Below, piece by piece: positions 43,486-43,535 of a stretch of 43,535 nucleotides of DNA; positions within the stretch are counted from its first letter, which is position 1, and each line of letters starts with the position of its first letter. The DNA comes from a virus (Duplodnaviria > Caudoviricetes). The position numbers and the translations under genes were made by a program. The notes under the pieces were generated by a model, which ran no database searches, was not told the DNA's origin, and saw only the letters and a list, made by a program, of their open reading frames with translations. The stretch is from positions 1 through 43,535 of the IMG/VR virus record IMGVR_UViG_3300025640_000898; one strand, given 5' to 3'.

Positions 43486-43535
43486 GTATATATGATAAAG
43501 AATAAAACATTCGTAGCAAGCGTTCATGTCTCTTC

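Noticed and set aside
1-43535. tRNA/rRNA genes or alternative genetic code
   Set aside because: No cloverleaf/T-loop signature was noticed in the intergenic gaps by eye (tRNAscan not run). Long genes read through intact in the standard code with all three stops used.

Overview
A 43.5-kb, AT-rich segment of a large tailed dsDNA phage genome. The host is probably Verrucomicrobia/PVC, inferred from a DUF1549/1553 + DUF1501 pair, a Chlamydia-type NrdB and an Opitutae-like Trp-rich domain. The + strand block (1-23.7 kb) carries replication and auxiliary genes: helicase C-terminus, primase, PD-(D/E)XK nuclease, Nudix, gmd-fcl, Hsp20, porin, nrdAB, a split DnaE module with a SET gene and a DnaQ-like exonuclease, and ClpC. 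The mostly - strand block (23.6-41.1 kb) carries MCP, decoration protein, protease-scaffold, TerL, an ERCC4-like nuclease, an ECF-like sigma factor, a putative lysis cassette, an M64 peptidase, fibre proteins and PhoH. From 41.3 kb there are small early genes behind repeated strong promoters. The standout is 6067-8052: a stand-alone, transposase-free 483-aa TnpB/Cas12f-like RuvC protein with an atypical D-D-D active site. Its stop codon is overlapped by an array of five 103-104-nt structured repeats, each with only an 8-9-nt variable segment in its middle. This fits neither a canonical CRISPR array nor a single omega-RNA and is a candidate new RNA-guided system. Also notable are a recurring GTGTA-N9-11-ATG late-promoter motif, a tyrosyl-radical-free (class Ic) NrdB and a solo MbcA/ParS-type antitoxin domain. 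All calls come from motif reading by eye; no searches were run.
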